Made by a program: the position numbers and the translations under genes. A model generated the notes under the pieces. It saw only the letters and a list, made by a program, of their open reading frames with translations. It did no database searches and was not told the origin of the DNA. A stretch of DNA of 63,977 nucleotides, the filler included, from Circinaria calcarea (lineage: Eukaryota): NCBI GenBank assembly GCA_051942165.1. It is 7 parts of 7 records of this genome, joined end to end, with 100 filler letters (N's around TTAATTAATTAA, not from the genome) between each part and the next. Parts side by side here need not be neighbours in the genome. Positions count along the whole stretch, not along the records: positions 46,139 to 55,254 come from JAVECS010000981.1; positions 55,355 to 63,977 come from JAVECS010001080.1; 5 more parts are not named here. The stretch is one strand, 5' to 3'. Shown here piece after piece: positions 48,033 through 60,768 of this stretch (position 1 is its first letter; the number at the start of each line of letters is the position of its first letter).

Positions 48033-49874
48033 AAGCTTGATTACTTTGAGAAGAAGCCGTTCAAGCAACCTGACGTGGATGTCTCTGACATCTTTACCGA
48101 AGTATTCAGCCCGCTGGAATCTAACCTGCATGAACCACCTCGACCTATTTCAGAACTCGTTCGTCCTTCGGGACACCTTTCCTCCAAACTGCTATTCCAC
48201 CTACATTATCCATCATTTACGACCAAGCATGCACATCACGGAGAGGTAGCGGACGTATCGAACCCTTGCTTACGCCTTTTATTACCGACATTTCCAAAAG
48301 ACGTTGTATTGTATATCGACACATTCTGCAGAAGAGAGAGGCGTATGAAAGGACACTGTTTTGATGCCAAAAAAGCTTATTCCAAGGATCTGTTCGATGT
48401 CCACCTTGAGTGGTCGAACATGCTGCGAAATGGTTCCGCCGCAAAAGTTGAAGTCGTTTTCGGGAAGGCGAATAGATTACATATGGAACAGGTGTTGCAT
48501 GATAGGTGTGATGTACTAGAGCTATGGGGTACGCCGCCAGTGAAAGTCACTATTGTGTATGAGGAGTCGAGCAAAGCACGAGTTGAGCGGCTGATAATCT
48601 TTGTGCACCACCCTGAGTATTTTTTTTACAATTGGACACAAAGGGCCGCTCAGCAAATAGACGCACAGTTGACAGCAGCGTCACTCCTTGCAGGCCTAGA
48701 TATCCAGTGTAGTTTTTTTCAACGGCGGTTGGGCTATTTCACGCAGCCTTTACTATTTCTTCAGCCCACAGCATCTGACGCCAACTCACTTGATGTGTTT
48801 GACGTAGACGACGCCCTGGACACATTCGATTATCTCGGTCACAGCGAGCCAGTCCCATCGAAAACACCCTATCGTCTGATTAAAGACATGGTCAGACTGG
48901 AGAAGAGCGGAACAAAGTTCATGTTGGAGGATATACCGGCCTGTATAAGAGAATGGGCCAGAGTCTCATTCGAGTCAGACACACAAGAAGAGCTTGCCGC
49001 GAAGTTTAGAGATACGTATTGGGATGATAAGACTGGAGGTAAAAGAGATAGTCTCCACGCCATCCGGGACAGATGGTCTGCGCCTGGGCAAAACCAGCGA
49101 GCTACGGCTCCCCGCTCGCGGAGAGGGATTCCCTTACAGCAAATCGACGTCTCGTCACTTCCAAACTCCAGCGAATTTACTGTTGGTACAGCAAGGATGT
49201 TGGACATGTTGGGACGGAGACTCATCGGTACATGTCCTAAGGGTTACGAAAAGCAAAGGGAATACGCGTATGAGAAGTACAACATCCGTAAACCAGGAGT
49301 CACGATGGATGTGAAATGCAATGTGTGCGGGAGGATCTCTGTGGACAATATTGTAAGATACTGGAAAATAGACCCTCGGTATTACGTCGCACACCGAGCG
49401 GAGAGATGCTGTACGCCGGGCTGCACGGGTTTCGGACGGTACCTAATTCCAGTTGATGAAGGTATTCTTTGGCGGAAAGGAATGACGGAAGCATTGAATG
49501 TCAAAGCAATTAGAGGGGAGACCAATATCGAGAAATATTTCAGACCACCCACCGGCAAACAGCCAAAAAGCGTACCGGTACATTGTCTGGTTTGCAAAGG
49601 CACTAATGTTGTGGATCCTATACCGCTGTTTTCGAACCATTTGAAGCCGAAGTATCTATGTCGGAGGTGGAAATGCGACGGATGCACCAAAACCACGCAA
49701 TTTGTTCCAATCGATAAAAACATCCCGTATCTAAGCAGTGCCAATGCGGCAAGATTGGTTAACAGTGGGAAAATGCCTTTGCCGCAGGAAGAAGTACCGA
49801 GCGGAGAAATTAAAAATATGGCAAAATGGCTGGAAAAAGAAAATAACGATCAAACTGCTAAAAAAGAAAATTAA
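48033..49874 (+). CDS. Uncharacterised protein, long terminal exon: putative UDG-like alpha/beta domain + two Cys4 zinc-ribbon repeats; upstream exons likely from ~47300
   Basis: ~610-codon open frame after acceptor CTAAC..TTTTTTAG at 48032; motifs HLHYPSF, VEVVFGK, IFVHHPEYF; repeats CNVC..CCTPGC..LIPVD and CLVC..CDGC..FVPID. Confidence 0.7.
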   Translation, partial: KLDYFEKKPFKQPDVDVSDIFTEVFSPLESNLHEPPRPISELVRPSGHLSSKLLFHLHYPSFTTKHAHHGEVADVSNPCLRLLLPTFPKDVVLYIDTFCRRERRMKGHCFDAKKAYSKDLFDVHLEWSNMLRNGSAAKVEVVFGKANRLHMEQVLHDRCDVLELWGTPPVKVTIVYEESSKARVERLIIFVHHPEYFFYNWTQRAAQQIDAQLTAASLLAGLDIQCSFFQRRLGYFTQPLLFLQPTASDANSLDVFDVDDALDTFDYLGHSEPVPSKTPYRLIKDMVRLEKSGTKFMLEDIPACIREWARVSFESDTQEELAAKFRDTYWDDKTGGKRDSLHAIRDRWSAPGQNQRATAPRSRRGIPLQQIDVSSLPNSSEFTVGTARMLDMLGRRLIGTCPKGYEKQREYAYEKYNIRKPGVTMDVKCNVCGRISVDNIVRYWKIDPRYYVAHRAERCCTPGCTGFGRYLIPVDEGILWRKGMTEALNVKAIRGETNIEKYFRPPTGKQPKSVPVHCLVCKGTNVVDPIPLFSNHLKPKYLCRRWKCDGCTKTTQFVPIDKNIPYLSSANAARLVNSGKMPLPQEEVPSGEIKNMAKWLEKENNDQTAKKEN

Positions 49875-50450
49875 TTATCCTTAGCCAAAATCGTAAATAG
49901 CTTTAATAAATAACTTTGCCCAATTCTATTACGGCAAAACGAGCCAAAGTTCAAAAGAGTGAAAGGTTGTTGAATTCTCCTATGGGAAAGTCTAGGGATA
50001 TACTACGGCTTAGTGCGTTAATTCCCGGCTATTCCCATAGCGGAAGTAGCGATTATTGGCTAAATTATATGCTTATGGCATGTTCAATATCCGTAACAAT
50101 ATGCCTATAAAATAAAAAAATGAACAACGTCCGCGTCGTATGTACTCTGATGGCTCCTGGTGAGGAGCCATCTGTGAGGGCTCTACCCGAGAACCCCTAC
50201 GAACCTTACGGGTGAACTATATACCGAGGTCACGAGGTATTGGCTTAGCGAGAAAGGTTTTCCTCGCGAAGCGTTACACTAGAATTCTTTAGCAATAATT
50301 CATACGCTATGCGAACCGATCCTTATTCGTAAGATCATCATACTGTTCGTAGAAGATCCTTATAATTAGTTTAGGTAGGCTGGTTGAGATTTATTTTTAA
50401 AAGAAAGAATATATGATATATTTACTTTCATAAAGTGAGTAATCTCAATT

Positions 50451-50543
50451 GGTTCTGTGGTGTAGTGGTTATCACGTTTCGCTCACATTATGATTGATGT
50501 ATATCAACCGAAAAGGTCCCGTGTTCGAAACACGGCAGAATCA
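50451..50543 (+). tRNA. tRNA-Val(CAC) with ~20-nt intron
   Basis: Acceptor GGTTCTG/CAGAATC, D arm GTGTAGTGGTTATCAC, anticodon stem TTTCG/CGAAA with CTCACA loop, T arm CCGTG-TTCGAAA-CACGG, downstream poly-T. Confidence 0.92.
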
Positions 50544-50559
50544 TTAAAACAATATTCTT

Positions 50560-50696
50560 TTTTTAAAACAATACTTTGTGCGGAGTATCTGGGAATACAT
50601 TCCTGTTATTGGCTAGGCAGAATTATATATATATATATTTTTTAAAATAAATGCTTTTGGTGGAGTATCTGGGAATATATTCCTGCCATTGGTTAT
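50560..50696 (+). repeat. ~55-bp imperfect direct repeat separated by (AT)n
   Basis: ggagtatctgggaata(c/t)attcctg core twice. Confidence 0.75.
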
Positions 50697-51041
50697 TAAA
50701 ATTGCTGATTTGGTGGAATGGCATTAACGACTTCCAATAATCCGCATTGCCTTTCTTTTAAGCGTCCCCCGTTCTCTCATTATCTTGAAGCATGGGAACG
50801 GCGTAAGAACGCCAGACTTCAAGGCGAACGTCCTACAAGTACATTACTCAATCCTTACAACATCAAGGCGGACCGTTGCGAAAGCTATAGAATTTATATA
50901 TAATGGGGAAAATCCCCCAAATGGGGTTGAGAGGTTTTCCAACCATCCGAGAACAGCCTTTGAGGTATGACCATGCGGCGATCGCCACGGTCATATTATG
51001 ATTTCTTCGGTGAATCGAAGTTTGACAGTAAGGTAATTGGT

Positions 51042-51099
51042 AGAGACGGGGACGTTAGCAAATGGGAGAGACGAGGACGTTAGCAAATGGGAAAGACGA
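51042..51099 (+). repeat. 25-bp tandem repeat, ~2.3 units
   Basis: agagacg(g/a)ggacgttagcaaatggg x2. Confidence 0.85.
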
Positions 51100-51244
51100 T
51101 CTCGAAAAGGAAGGATACGACAGGCCGAGAGATCTACTCATCTTCTACGGCGAATCCGGCCCTGCAGCTTTTATGAGTTCGGGAGAGGTAGATTAAGACC
51201 AGGTAGTCAAATGGCTAAAATATCCGTTTTAAGCATCCAAGGAT

Positions 51245-52514
51245 TTACTCCTTCACTTTGAACCTATACTGGTCCTTCCGATCCAGATACACGACCTTAT
51301 CACCCAATCCTGCTTCCTCCATCACCTTTTTAAAGTCGGAAAGCGGACTGAGAAACACATCATAGTCACTATAATCTGCATCAGCTAATCAATGTTAGAC
51401 ACGAGATAGAAGGTTACTAACTCATAGTGTATCGGTATCGTCAGATCTGGATTGATCAGCCGCACCAGCTCCAGCCCTTGCTTATGATCCATCGTCACCA
51501 TCAATAACGGTATCGAAGGCGACGGAATAGTGGTCCCGCCCAGGTGAATCAGCATCAAATCGATATTCTGGCCCTTGTAATGCTCCGGGATCTTCTTCAA
51601 CTCGTTGACCATTAGAGTATCCCCTGAGATATATATCCTGCTTAACTCCGTTAGCCGCTTATCTTCGCATAACTTAGGTCAAAACATACCGATATCCACA
51701 ATCCCACTCCTCTTCACCACCCCCCTTCCTCCCCTTCCCCAACTCCACCATCCACCCATTCGTCGGCGGCACTGCCTTCAAAAACTCATTGGCCGCCCCA
51801 AGAATCCCATCGCCCACGTGTTTCCCCGGCATCCCCGTCACCTTCATCCCGGCGACCTTGCCATCACCCTCCCCCTTCCCAATATCCACCACCATGCTCT
51901 CAAAGAAATCCAAGGCGTGCACGGCGCTAAAGGCCTCGCCTTCCCCCTTCGACGCAAGATGCGATTTCGCATGGGGAGTCGTGATGATGGGGAGGTCTCG
52001 ACGCAGGGAAGCTTCGACTTCCTGGTCAAAGTGGTCGGCGTGGTAGTGCGACAGGAGGATACAATCGATAGAGGGCACTTGGTGGAGATCGAGCGCCGGG
52101 TTCGTCTGGCGCGTCGCAGTCACGCCGGGACCAAGATGGACATGATCACCCGCGTGGAGAAAGTTGGGCTGGTCGCGACGTTAGGCGATCCTACCCGAAA
52201 TGGGTAGAATATTTGTTTTAGGGTTTTTTGGGAAAGGAGGCGAACATCGGTCATTATGCGCATGCCCTGCCATTCTCTAGAACCAAAAAGGTTCCCTTAG
52301 TTCTCCAATCATACCCAGAGCTTGTATAAGGGGCCACTTACATGATCGTCGTCGCCGTCCCGACAAAATAGATACTGGCGTTTTCGTCTCCGCCTTTGGA
52401 CGGATGCACTTTAACCTCCTTCGCTTCGGGTAGGGCTTCGGGCGTATCCCCTTTGCGAACAGCATCCCGTAACGGCGATCCGGAAGCGCCGGGGGTAATC
52501 TGTAGATGCTTCAT
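51245..52514 (-). CDS. Metallo-beta-lactamase-fold hydrolase, multi-exon
   Basis: FVGTATT, TDPNFLHAG, LLSHYHADHFD, PGKHV, YISGDT, TIPIHY. Confidence 0.9.
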
Positions 52515-53049
52515 CTTTGAAATCGGAGGATAATATCGCATTCGCAAAGCAGACAATGGGTGAAAATGTTCGGAGCGCAAGCGGGGCAGTTTATGTGGAT
52601 TATTCAATCATTACGACACCCGAGCTACGGGCAATTCGACCCCTCCATACGGGCCCAGGAAGGGATTGTTTAATTAAGTCCTCCGCCGTTGAGAAAGTAG
52701 CGCACTCGTCCGGAGGAGTCGGCTTTCCTTGGAAATTATTGATACCAAATCACTCTTGATAAAGGCATAAAACTCTGAAATGACTTCATTTATTCTGTAT
52801 TGCACGTCAAGTGAAGTATACAGAGGAGATTCGGCGTCAACTGATGCGCCCTCATTGGAATCCTAGAGCAGCAAAACAAGGCGTAGGAGCTCGAAAGCCC
52901 TACCTGCCGTGAACTTTTCCAAGTGGCCTAATTCCAGGAGAGAGACGCAAGAGACCGCCTGCCGCAAAACGTACCCTTATATCCAGAAACCTCCAGGTGA
53001 GACCTTCCAATGCCAGACCGTTCATGCCATAACTGGACAATGACCCTCT

Positions 53050-55254
53050 TCAACCTTTCATGCCTGCCAACTCCCTCTCCAGCTCCTTGATTCTCTCATC
53101 TTTGTCACGATCTCTTCGCTCACCTATACTAGTCTTTAAGGTATCTACTTCGGCAGTCAGCTGCGTAATCTTCTCGCTTTGAGCGGCCATCGTTTGGTTC
53201 TGCTGTTGTAAGAGAGATTTGATTTCTTGGAGATAGCCTTGAATAGGTTCGCCGCCGAGAGCGGGAGTTGAGGGCATATTCAGGGAGGTTGAGCTGCTTG
53301 ATGTATGTAGGAGAGGACCGGGCTGGGACGATAATGAGTTTTAGCCTGATGTCCAACAATAAAAAATCATGGAGCCGCATACCTTGGCGGGCTCTGCTAC
53401 TGGAGACGGAGACTTAATAGCTAACTCGGATTGGTGTTGCAGTCCTTTCGAAATAGCGATAGATTCGGTATGCTCCACTGGCTTCGGTTCTACGTGTGTT
53501 TGCCTTTCGGATCTGTCCACTGGCTTAGGAATTTCCTCGAAGCTTGAAGTGTCGTCGTCATCTTCCGGAGACGCAGCGTCATCTTTATCGGCGAATTTCG
53601 ATGCCATATTAGCTATCGACGCCGTTTGCTGCTTCATAGAAGGTGTCGGGCTACGGAAAGCCGGCGAAGCCTGAGCAGGCTCCTTAATCGGCTCCCCTTC
53701 CTTCTTGGTTGGTAATGGTGCGTGGGGCGTTAGTGGAGCTTGAGATACGGGCTTATGGTCTGCGGGAACCTCTGCAGGCTCCTCACCAGCGTATACGCTT
53801 TCTAGGTCAATTTTTGGGGGTAAGCCATCCTTACCACCGAACCACTCTCTAGCTGACATGGCCGGCTTCGTTCCAGGGACCGGAGGATAAATGTCTCCTT
53901 GGAAAACCTCGGCTCTTCTTGGAACGATAAAGGAGATTGGCTCAATGTAGCCGTCATTCACGGTCTTGAAAGCTCTCATCACTTCGTTATCGTGAATATT
54001 GAGGCCACGCTTGGGAAGGAATGCAAGACCCCGCTGAGGGTCTGCCGACTTGTATTCAGACAGATATTCGAATTTATCCTGCGTGTATTCGTAATATCGG
54101 ATATTACCGTCACTATTCATGTCAGTTCCACGGCTTTTGTTACAAGTCAGACCGTCATACCCCTTTCCTGCCAGATAAAGACATTGGGTGCTATCATCCC
54201 AGAACGGCATGCACACTCCAGAGATCGAATCAAGCATCTGGAATCCACCGACTGGTTCTTTGGGATTTTTGATGTCCCATAAGCCTAGTTGACGATCACT
54301 CATCTTCGAGAATCCCGTTGTCGCTATCCTATCATGTTCGCCCATCCATACGGCGCGACTGCTTTTTGCCCCTGAATGACCTGCGACCACATGGGCTGGC
54401 TGCTCTTGACGGACGTCCCATACCCGGAGCTTCTTGTCACGCGATGTGGTCACCAACAACGATCCGTTTGCGCTCCATGACAATGACTGGACGATGTCGG
54501 TGTGCTTGAGAGTGAGACGAGGTGAACCGACTTCAACATCCCATATCTTGATCGTATAGTCCCCTGAGGAGGTGGCTAGTACATTTTCTGCTGCAGGATT
54601 GAAGAGCACGTGCCCCACTTTCCTAGTACCAATCAGCACAGGTTCCGCAAGGGGAGGATTGTAGGAAATTACCTTGAATGACCGGAGAGCTTGCTCACGG
54701 GTGCAACGTCAGTTGGCTGATCTGCATCAGAGTACAATGAGAAACCTTCGGGGACTTTCCAAAGAAATGCCTGTACATTGTTAGCGACGAGTACCGTTAT
54801 TACCAGGCAGTATACCGACTTTGCCATCGTCCGACCCCGAGGCAATCAACGAGTCATTAAAGGGATTCCTGTAGCGAAGATCAATACCATTCACAATCTC
54901 TTGGGTCCGAAACCAACCAATCCGTGTCCAAGACGACGGCTGTATGTCCCCTGAACAAAGGTATCAACTCAGGTAATCTGCCCTTCTCATTTATGGGTAT
55001 GACTGCAAATGCGCCTCCACCACTAGATTCCCAATTGACGGAGAGATACTGAGGATTTGCCTGGTTTCCGTATCAGAGCATGCCCACAGTAGCGATTGAT
55101 GGAAGTTGATGTACCTTCACAAGGTTGGTGTCCCAAGCGTTCCTCGAAATGTGTAGGTTATCGTAGCATTGCTCCTAGAACTATATCGGCAGGTGCATCA
55201 TGAAGCTTCCAGTTGTACTAGATTCGTACCTTTCTCGTGGGTCGGCCGAAGACA
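53050..55254 (-). CDS. crn1: Coronin (5' truncated), multi-exon
   Basis: VFGRPTR, NAWDTNLVK, GGGAFAVIP, GHTAVVLD, ASGSDDGK, TTGFSKMSDRQ, GKGDGNIRYYE, VPRRAEVFQ, C-terminal coiled coil. Confidence 0.95.
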
Positions 55255-55354
55255 NNNNNNNNNNNNNNNNNNNNNNNNNNNNNNNNNNNNNNNNNNNNTT
55301 AATTAATTAANNNNNNNNNNNNNNNNNNNNNNNNNNNNNNNNNNNNNNNNNNNN
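55255..55354. other. Artificial contig linker
   Basis: N44-TTAATTAATTAA-N44. Confidence 0.98.
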
Positions 55355-56494
55355 GGAATGCCAAGGACAATTTGTCGCGTGTGCATCGTTACCGAGTTGA
55401 CGGATCTTATCCCAAGGAGCTAGGCAGTCCCAGCAATATTGATGGTGGCATGTCGTACCTAAGATGAAGAGTCGGTAAGTTTGATGGATTACCAACGATA
55501 GAAAGGCAGTGTCAGAAGAGGCAATGCACCAAGTAGAAGTAGACTCTTTGAAGTAAAGGACAGCTTACAAGTCATGTGCTGACAACCACCATTCTTTTCA
55601 ATCGGTCGACCACACTTCGGATTAGGACAGCTCTTGGTATTTGCAGCCAAGTATGCAGCGTTGGCCTCTGTCTCCAGCCTTTGAGTCTCTGCTTGTCGTT
55701 CATCGATCTCAGCGCAAGTGAATCCCTCATGCCATACCATCTCATGTATGATGCAGGTCTTCCCGTGACAATCCCGGCAGATCATATAAGAATCCGCGGC
55801 TCTTTGATCCATAAGCTGGCCGGACCCACAACCTATGACTTGGCATGGGCAGTACTCAGGATCAGAAGACAATGCCTCCATAGTTGTAAGGTTATTGTAA
55901 CTGGAAAAGAACTTATATCAGAAAATGAGGATTCCCATAGTTCGTAGAAAGTACATACCGTTGGAAGACCGTGCTCGGGGCGAAAGCTTGGATATCTTGA
56001 TAGTTAAGCCTCGCGTGGCAGATAGGACAGTCTATATGATTCCAAACCTTGCTTTCGGATTGCGAAGCGATAGCCTGTGCGAGGCATCCAAGGCATACGA
56101 GTGGCTCGTGATTACAAGCGTTAGTGATTCTGCGCCCCGGCCTGGATTGTGATGTCAAGGTTTCGAAGCAAACTACACAATTCTCATCCACAGAGGACGC
56201 GGAGAGAGTTTGCTGGACCGTCGAGCCTGGTCTATCTGGGGTACATCTACGCCTCAGACGTCCCGTATATTGTTGACCTTTGATGATTCCAAAACGGTCC
56301 TTAATCGAGAGATTTCTTGTTTGTATTAACGCATCCAACAAAGAGAGTAGCCTCAGCTTTGAGAATCCAGGAGCATGTTGAACGTTATAATGACTCAAGA
56401 CCTTACGAATGTCGGCCCTAGTCCAACTGGCACATCCGAGTCCTAGCATTGAGGATGGAAGGCCGGCAGCCTCCAAAGCCTCACGTCTGACCAT
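55355..56494 (-). CDS. RBR (RING-IBR-RING) E3 ubiquitin ligase, 3 exons, extreme 3' end cut
   Basis: RING1 CVVC..CNHEPLVCLGC..CPIC; IBR CQVIGCGSGQ..CRDC..CIIH..WHEGFTC; RING2 CPNPKC..KNGGCQHMTC..CWDC. Confidence 0.9.
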
Positions 56495-59400
56495 TTCGAT
56501 TATCTGTCCGTGTCGATCAAAAAGCTTGATGGACTCGACTCTTCAAATGCTGACGGCGGTGGAAATTTCGGAATTTCACTGTCTACTAGTCAAAGTAACG
56601 AAACACCAGCAAATTGTGAATCGTTAGCGTGCAAGGAATTGCAAAAGTGTGAATGAAAGAGTGAATCAGATACCTACTGGTAATCGTCGTGAAAAAGGAT
56701 TAGTCGAACCCAACACTGTTGTCAAGGTTCACTCGTTCAGGCAAATTCTTGTGGAATCTGAATTCTTGTAAGAACATGGTAGAAGGTTCATGCAAGGTAA
56801 AACATAGGCTACTATCAACCATACGCAGTTGCTTTAACAATTCTGAGCGAACAAGGCGAGATGATGAGAGAGCTTGAATAACGAGATCATACCACGGCGA
56901 GTAACCAGACTCCAGGCGCCAGTATGAACACTCATGAACTTTGCATGAATAGGAAGACAATTCGGGATAGACGAACCGTCCTTGATGTCAATAGGAAGCT
57001 GCCGGCTTCCTCACACAATGATTCCTGAACTAACAGTCTTACCTAAGATGTTAACCGCTATTGGTAAACTGGCTCGCTGTGGAAAATAAGATAGGGGCAA
57101 TTTTGTAAACGGGCAAAATAATATCTCATTGAGAGCCGCTCTAACGTTGAGGGACGGCAAAACGAAAAGACGTATACACTCTGTGAGAGGTCCACCAGGC
57201 TGTCAGTTGGCTATTCTGCTTGGAGGAACACCATAAACACAGCTGTCAGACTGTGCCCAATGAAGGATGGCGAACCTATCTCCTATACTTAGAATGCAAC
57301 ATTGAGTAATAAAGTTGGAAACACAAAGCCTCTAATGTTCCATATATCAATGGTTCAGACATCTTCACACTCTCGCAACCAAATTTCACAGGCTTTTAAA
57401 AAGAATCGAGATTTTGATGCATAGCCTCGGCTTAGAATGAACTTGAATCCCGGTATTGCGGAGAGAAGAGTATCGAAGAGACAGCCTGACAAGACGAAGA
57501 CCACTCCTTCGCTGCTGCAAATTACAATGCTCTAAACGATAGCATGACTCGTAGTCAAATGGATGACACCCTCGGGGGCTGCTGGAAGAAAACCAGCATG
57601 AGTTATTTGTCATTAAACAGCCCTTTGTCGGAGGACTTCGCTGATCCTCGCATATGAGTGAATTCACACCCTGAAACGGAGCTAATTTCCACATCGGCGT
57701 TAGTAGACCTCCTGTTCTCGCATGATTTCCTTGGAGCTCGGTTTGGCGTCCCGGTCCTTGCGCAGACGGATGTATCTGAAAATCCCAAGGTACTGCTCGA
57801 AAAGGATAAGGAATACCATAGATCTGGAGCTGGTTGACCTGGTTGTTGACATCGAAAACATAACGCAGCCGACTCCCGGGCTTGAAGCCAGTTTTAAACC
57901 CCTGTTTTGCAGACTATCGATCGTGGCGGTATGAGATGATAGCGTCAATCGGTGGAGTTGTCAGAGATGCCTTTGTCGATATTGGAATCGCAGACGTTAA
58001 GGTTATCGTTTCATGTGGGGTATCGAAGAGACACGAGGCCAGAAGCCTGAGGATATTGGCGATATGCGACTTCAAATGGCGAATCGGAGTATTTGAGAGG
58101 GATTGCCCATGGCACTTGGCCCACACCGCCATGTCGTCCAGTGACGAAAGGCGCGAAACTGCGTGGGGTGCCTTCGGGCCGTTGGTGATGTGCTATTTTG
58201 GATCATACGCCCGAGACGTACCGCGGCCACTCCGTTTTGCCGCGTGCATTGATCGTGTTCAGGCCTTGCGCACAGTGATTGCTTCGGGTTATCGCGCAGC
58301 ATGCACCAAACTCTGGTTAGACCCATCCGCCATGCCTGCCACCATCATGCAGGCGCGGAGAATTTCAGCAAGAATGCGGAGTAATGTGTTGCGGCCGGAA
58401 AGCATTGTTTTTCTTTAGCTTTCGTAGGAGGATGAAGACGGACGAGCCGTGTGTTTGCGGAAAATTTAAGCGTGCGAGTTAGAGCATGAGAGCCGGAAGA
58501 GAGCACTCTTAGCATACGACCGTCATGGAAACCAAGATTGAAGAGGCATGCCACACAACAGACCTCGCAACAAAAGCAGTACGTGAAACAGACAAGTCAC
58601 CTTACCAGAGTTGGAGCTGCTGCTATTTGTAATTGAGGAGCGGTTGATCGGAGTGTACGACTGTATGCTTGCAGAGGGATGTCGTCGCCTGCTGGAAAGT
58701 GCAAGGTGCAGTTATTTCGCTTAGTCATCAACTACTGTGTGCATACCACTCGAACGCGTCTCCACGGCTTTTCTGGGTGCCGCTACCGTCGTGCTGCCTC
58801 ATGGCCAACAGGGTGGATGAGTCGATTGGCCCGACTGATTTGTATTGGATTCCCTCTCTGCTACTTATTGCGGCCCCCGGGAGCTCCCTGCCCGTTCGGC
58901 TTGGTATCCATTGAGGCACAGCTGGCACCCAATCCACGAAAGGGTCTATGGTGGCTGCTTTGGTTTCTGGAGTCTCCCCTACCAACTCGACGGTAAACGG
59001 TGTCAAAGGGCACAGCTATCGTGGCCCTTAGACTGCGGCTGCACATGAGCTTTCCCACCCCTCGCCACCGATCTACACCGTTAAAACTCCCTTTACCGAC
59101 AGCGGATATGACACGAAGCCACTGGCGAGTCATACAGAAGGGCTCTCCTCATCCGAAGCAGGGCAATCCAAAACGATTGGAGGTTGTCCGGCCTCGCCCT
59201 TCTTGGGATGAGTCCTAGTTGAAGTTGTACTGCCCTAAAGGAACGTGGCATGATCTACTTGTGCTACACCACTCGAATGGTCTGTCACGACGTGGCGACA
59301 CGGCCTAGCTCAGGGTTTTAATGGTAGGAACAGCGTCGATCTCACAATATTTGCCAGGGCAGCTCATGGCATCCAGGATGTGGTGTGAGATGGAGTATGA

Positions 59401-60720
59401 CGGGGTCTTGATTATCTCAATTAGGGCCGAAGACCCTGAATGCGGAGACGACGTCGCTATAACCTCTTCGTGATTGGTTCACGGGTTGGAGAGAGCTATT
59501 GAATCCACCAGTGACGGAGCAAAGCGAGAATGGGGTGCCTTCGAAGATCTCCCAAGGCATCTGCCCAGGCTCGAGGACGTAGATTCGCAAGCGCTAGAAT
59601 AGCCAAGCCAAGCGTTCAACGTTAGAAGTCATATGGGCACTGCCACTTGCTCTCTTTCAATTTAACCACTGTGGCGCTCGATGCTCGACGAAGGAAAGAG
59701 GGTACTGAATCGAAAACCAGAGCATCCGTTCAACTCGCGCAAGTCATGGGAACACACTGGCTTCGCCCGTAAAACAGCGAGAGACCATACCCATAAACCT
59801 CCTAGTGGATCTCCGCAACTAATAATAAGAAGTGTGTCTAGCATCAGAGGGAGGTCTTCGTTTCGAGCAACTCTGGCGCACCAATGAGGGTCGTGAGCAT
59901 TCAGTCCCGGCGTATGGCAAAGTGAGCTCTGGACAACGCTGAGAAACGCCTTCGCCCTGAAGGAGTATAGGATCATGTAGAAACGTTATCAACACTTGCC
60001 TTTGTGGCTCCGCTATCATCCATCTGCCCAGTCCTCGTTGCGCGCTAGGCCGGGGGCATGGGCACGATGCCTTGAATCGTCGCAGCACTTTCTGCATGGG
60101 TTTTCTTCGCTTGCGCACTTTTATCGGCGTGCGCCGACATCACAAGAGATGCTCGATGTGAATGGCTTCAAGAAACCGCTTCCATGCGATCAGACGGACT
60201 TGGGCCGAGAGGAGCATTATGGGCAGTATTATCATGGCGCGTGGTGTCGCCGTTACCCAAGAATGGATAAGGTTGTCCCACTGTAGAGGTACCTCGACAG
60301 GTATCATCTACCATGGACCTGGGATTTGCCACATGGACAGCAGTTGCGCGAAGGGAAAGACCGCGTGTCAAGTCGAATTTCCCGACGTTTAATTGTTTGC
60401 CATTGGCCAATCAGAGCGAATATCGAGACGATCATTTTTATTTAGATTGGTGTTAGTCCCCACACGGCAGTGGTGATTGAGAGCTTGAGCATGCGGCCAC
60501 GAGCACATGAGTTTGGCGGTAACAAATTAGAGCAGACACCGACAGCGAATTAGCGGAGGATAGCGCTGGCCGTAGCGCCTGTGATGGGCATGGCAACATG
60601 GCGATCTCCGACCTTACCCTGATAAACTGCATGCTACTGTAAAGACTTTGCTCGTCTCTCCGTTCAGACAGAGAATGGAATCCTCGCAGCGGAGCTAGAT
60701 CTCCGACGGAGGCCGGTTGT

Positions 60721-60768
60721 TGGCATCTGGTATCTGGCATCTGGCATCTGGCATCTGGCGTCTGGCGT
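60721..60768 (+). repeat. 7-bp tandem repeat (TGGCATC)n, ~7 units
   Basis: tggcatc tggtatc tggcatc tggcatc tggcatc tggcgtc tggcgt. Confidence 0.9.

Noticed and set aside
42913..51099. Short direct repeats as CRISPR-like arrays
   Set aside because: Only two units each, no spacers, eukaryotic context
57386..58418. Overlapping 60-178 aa ORFs as a gene
   Set aside because: No domain motifs or consistent splice structure found on either strand
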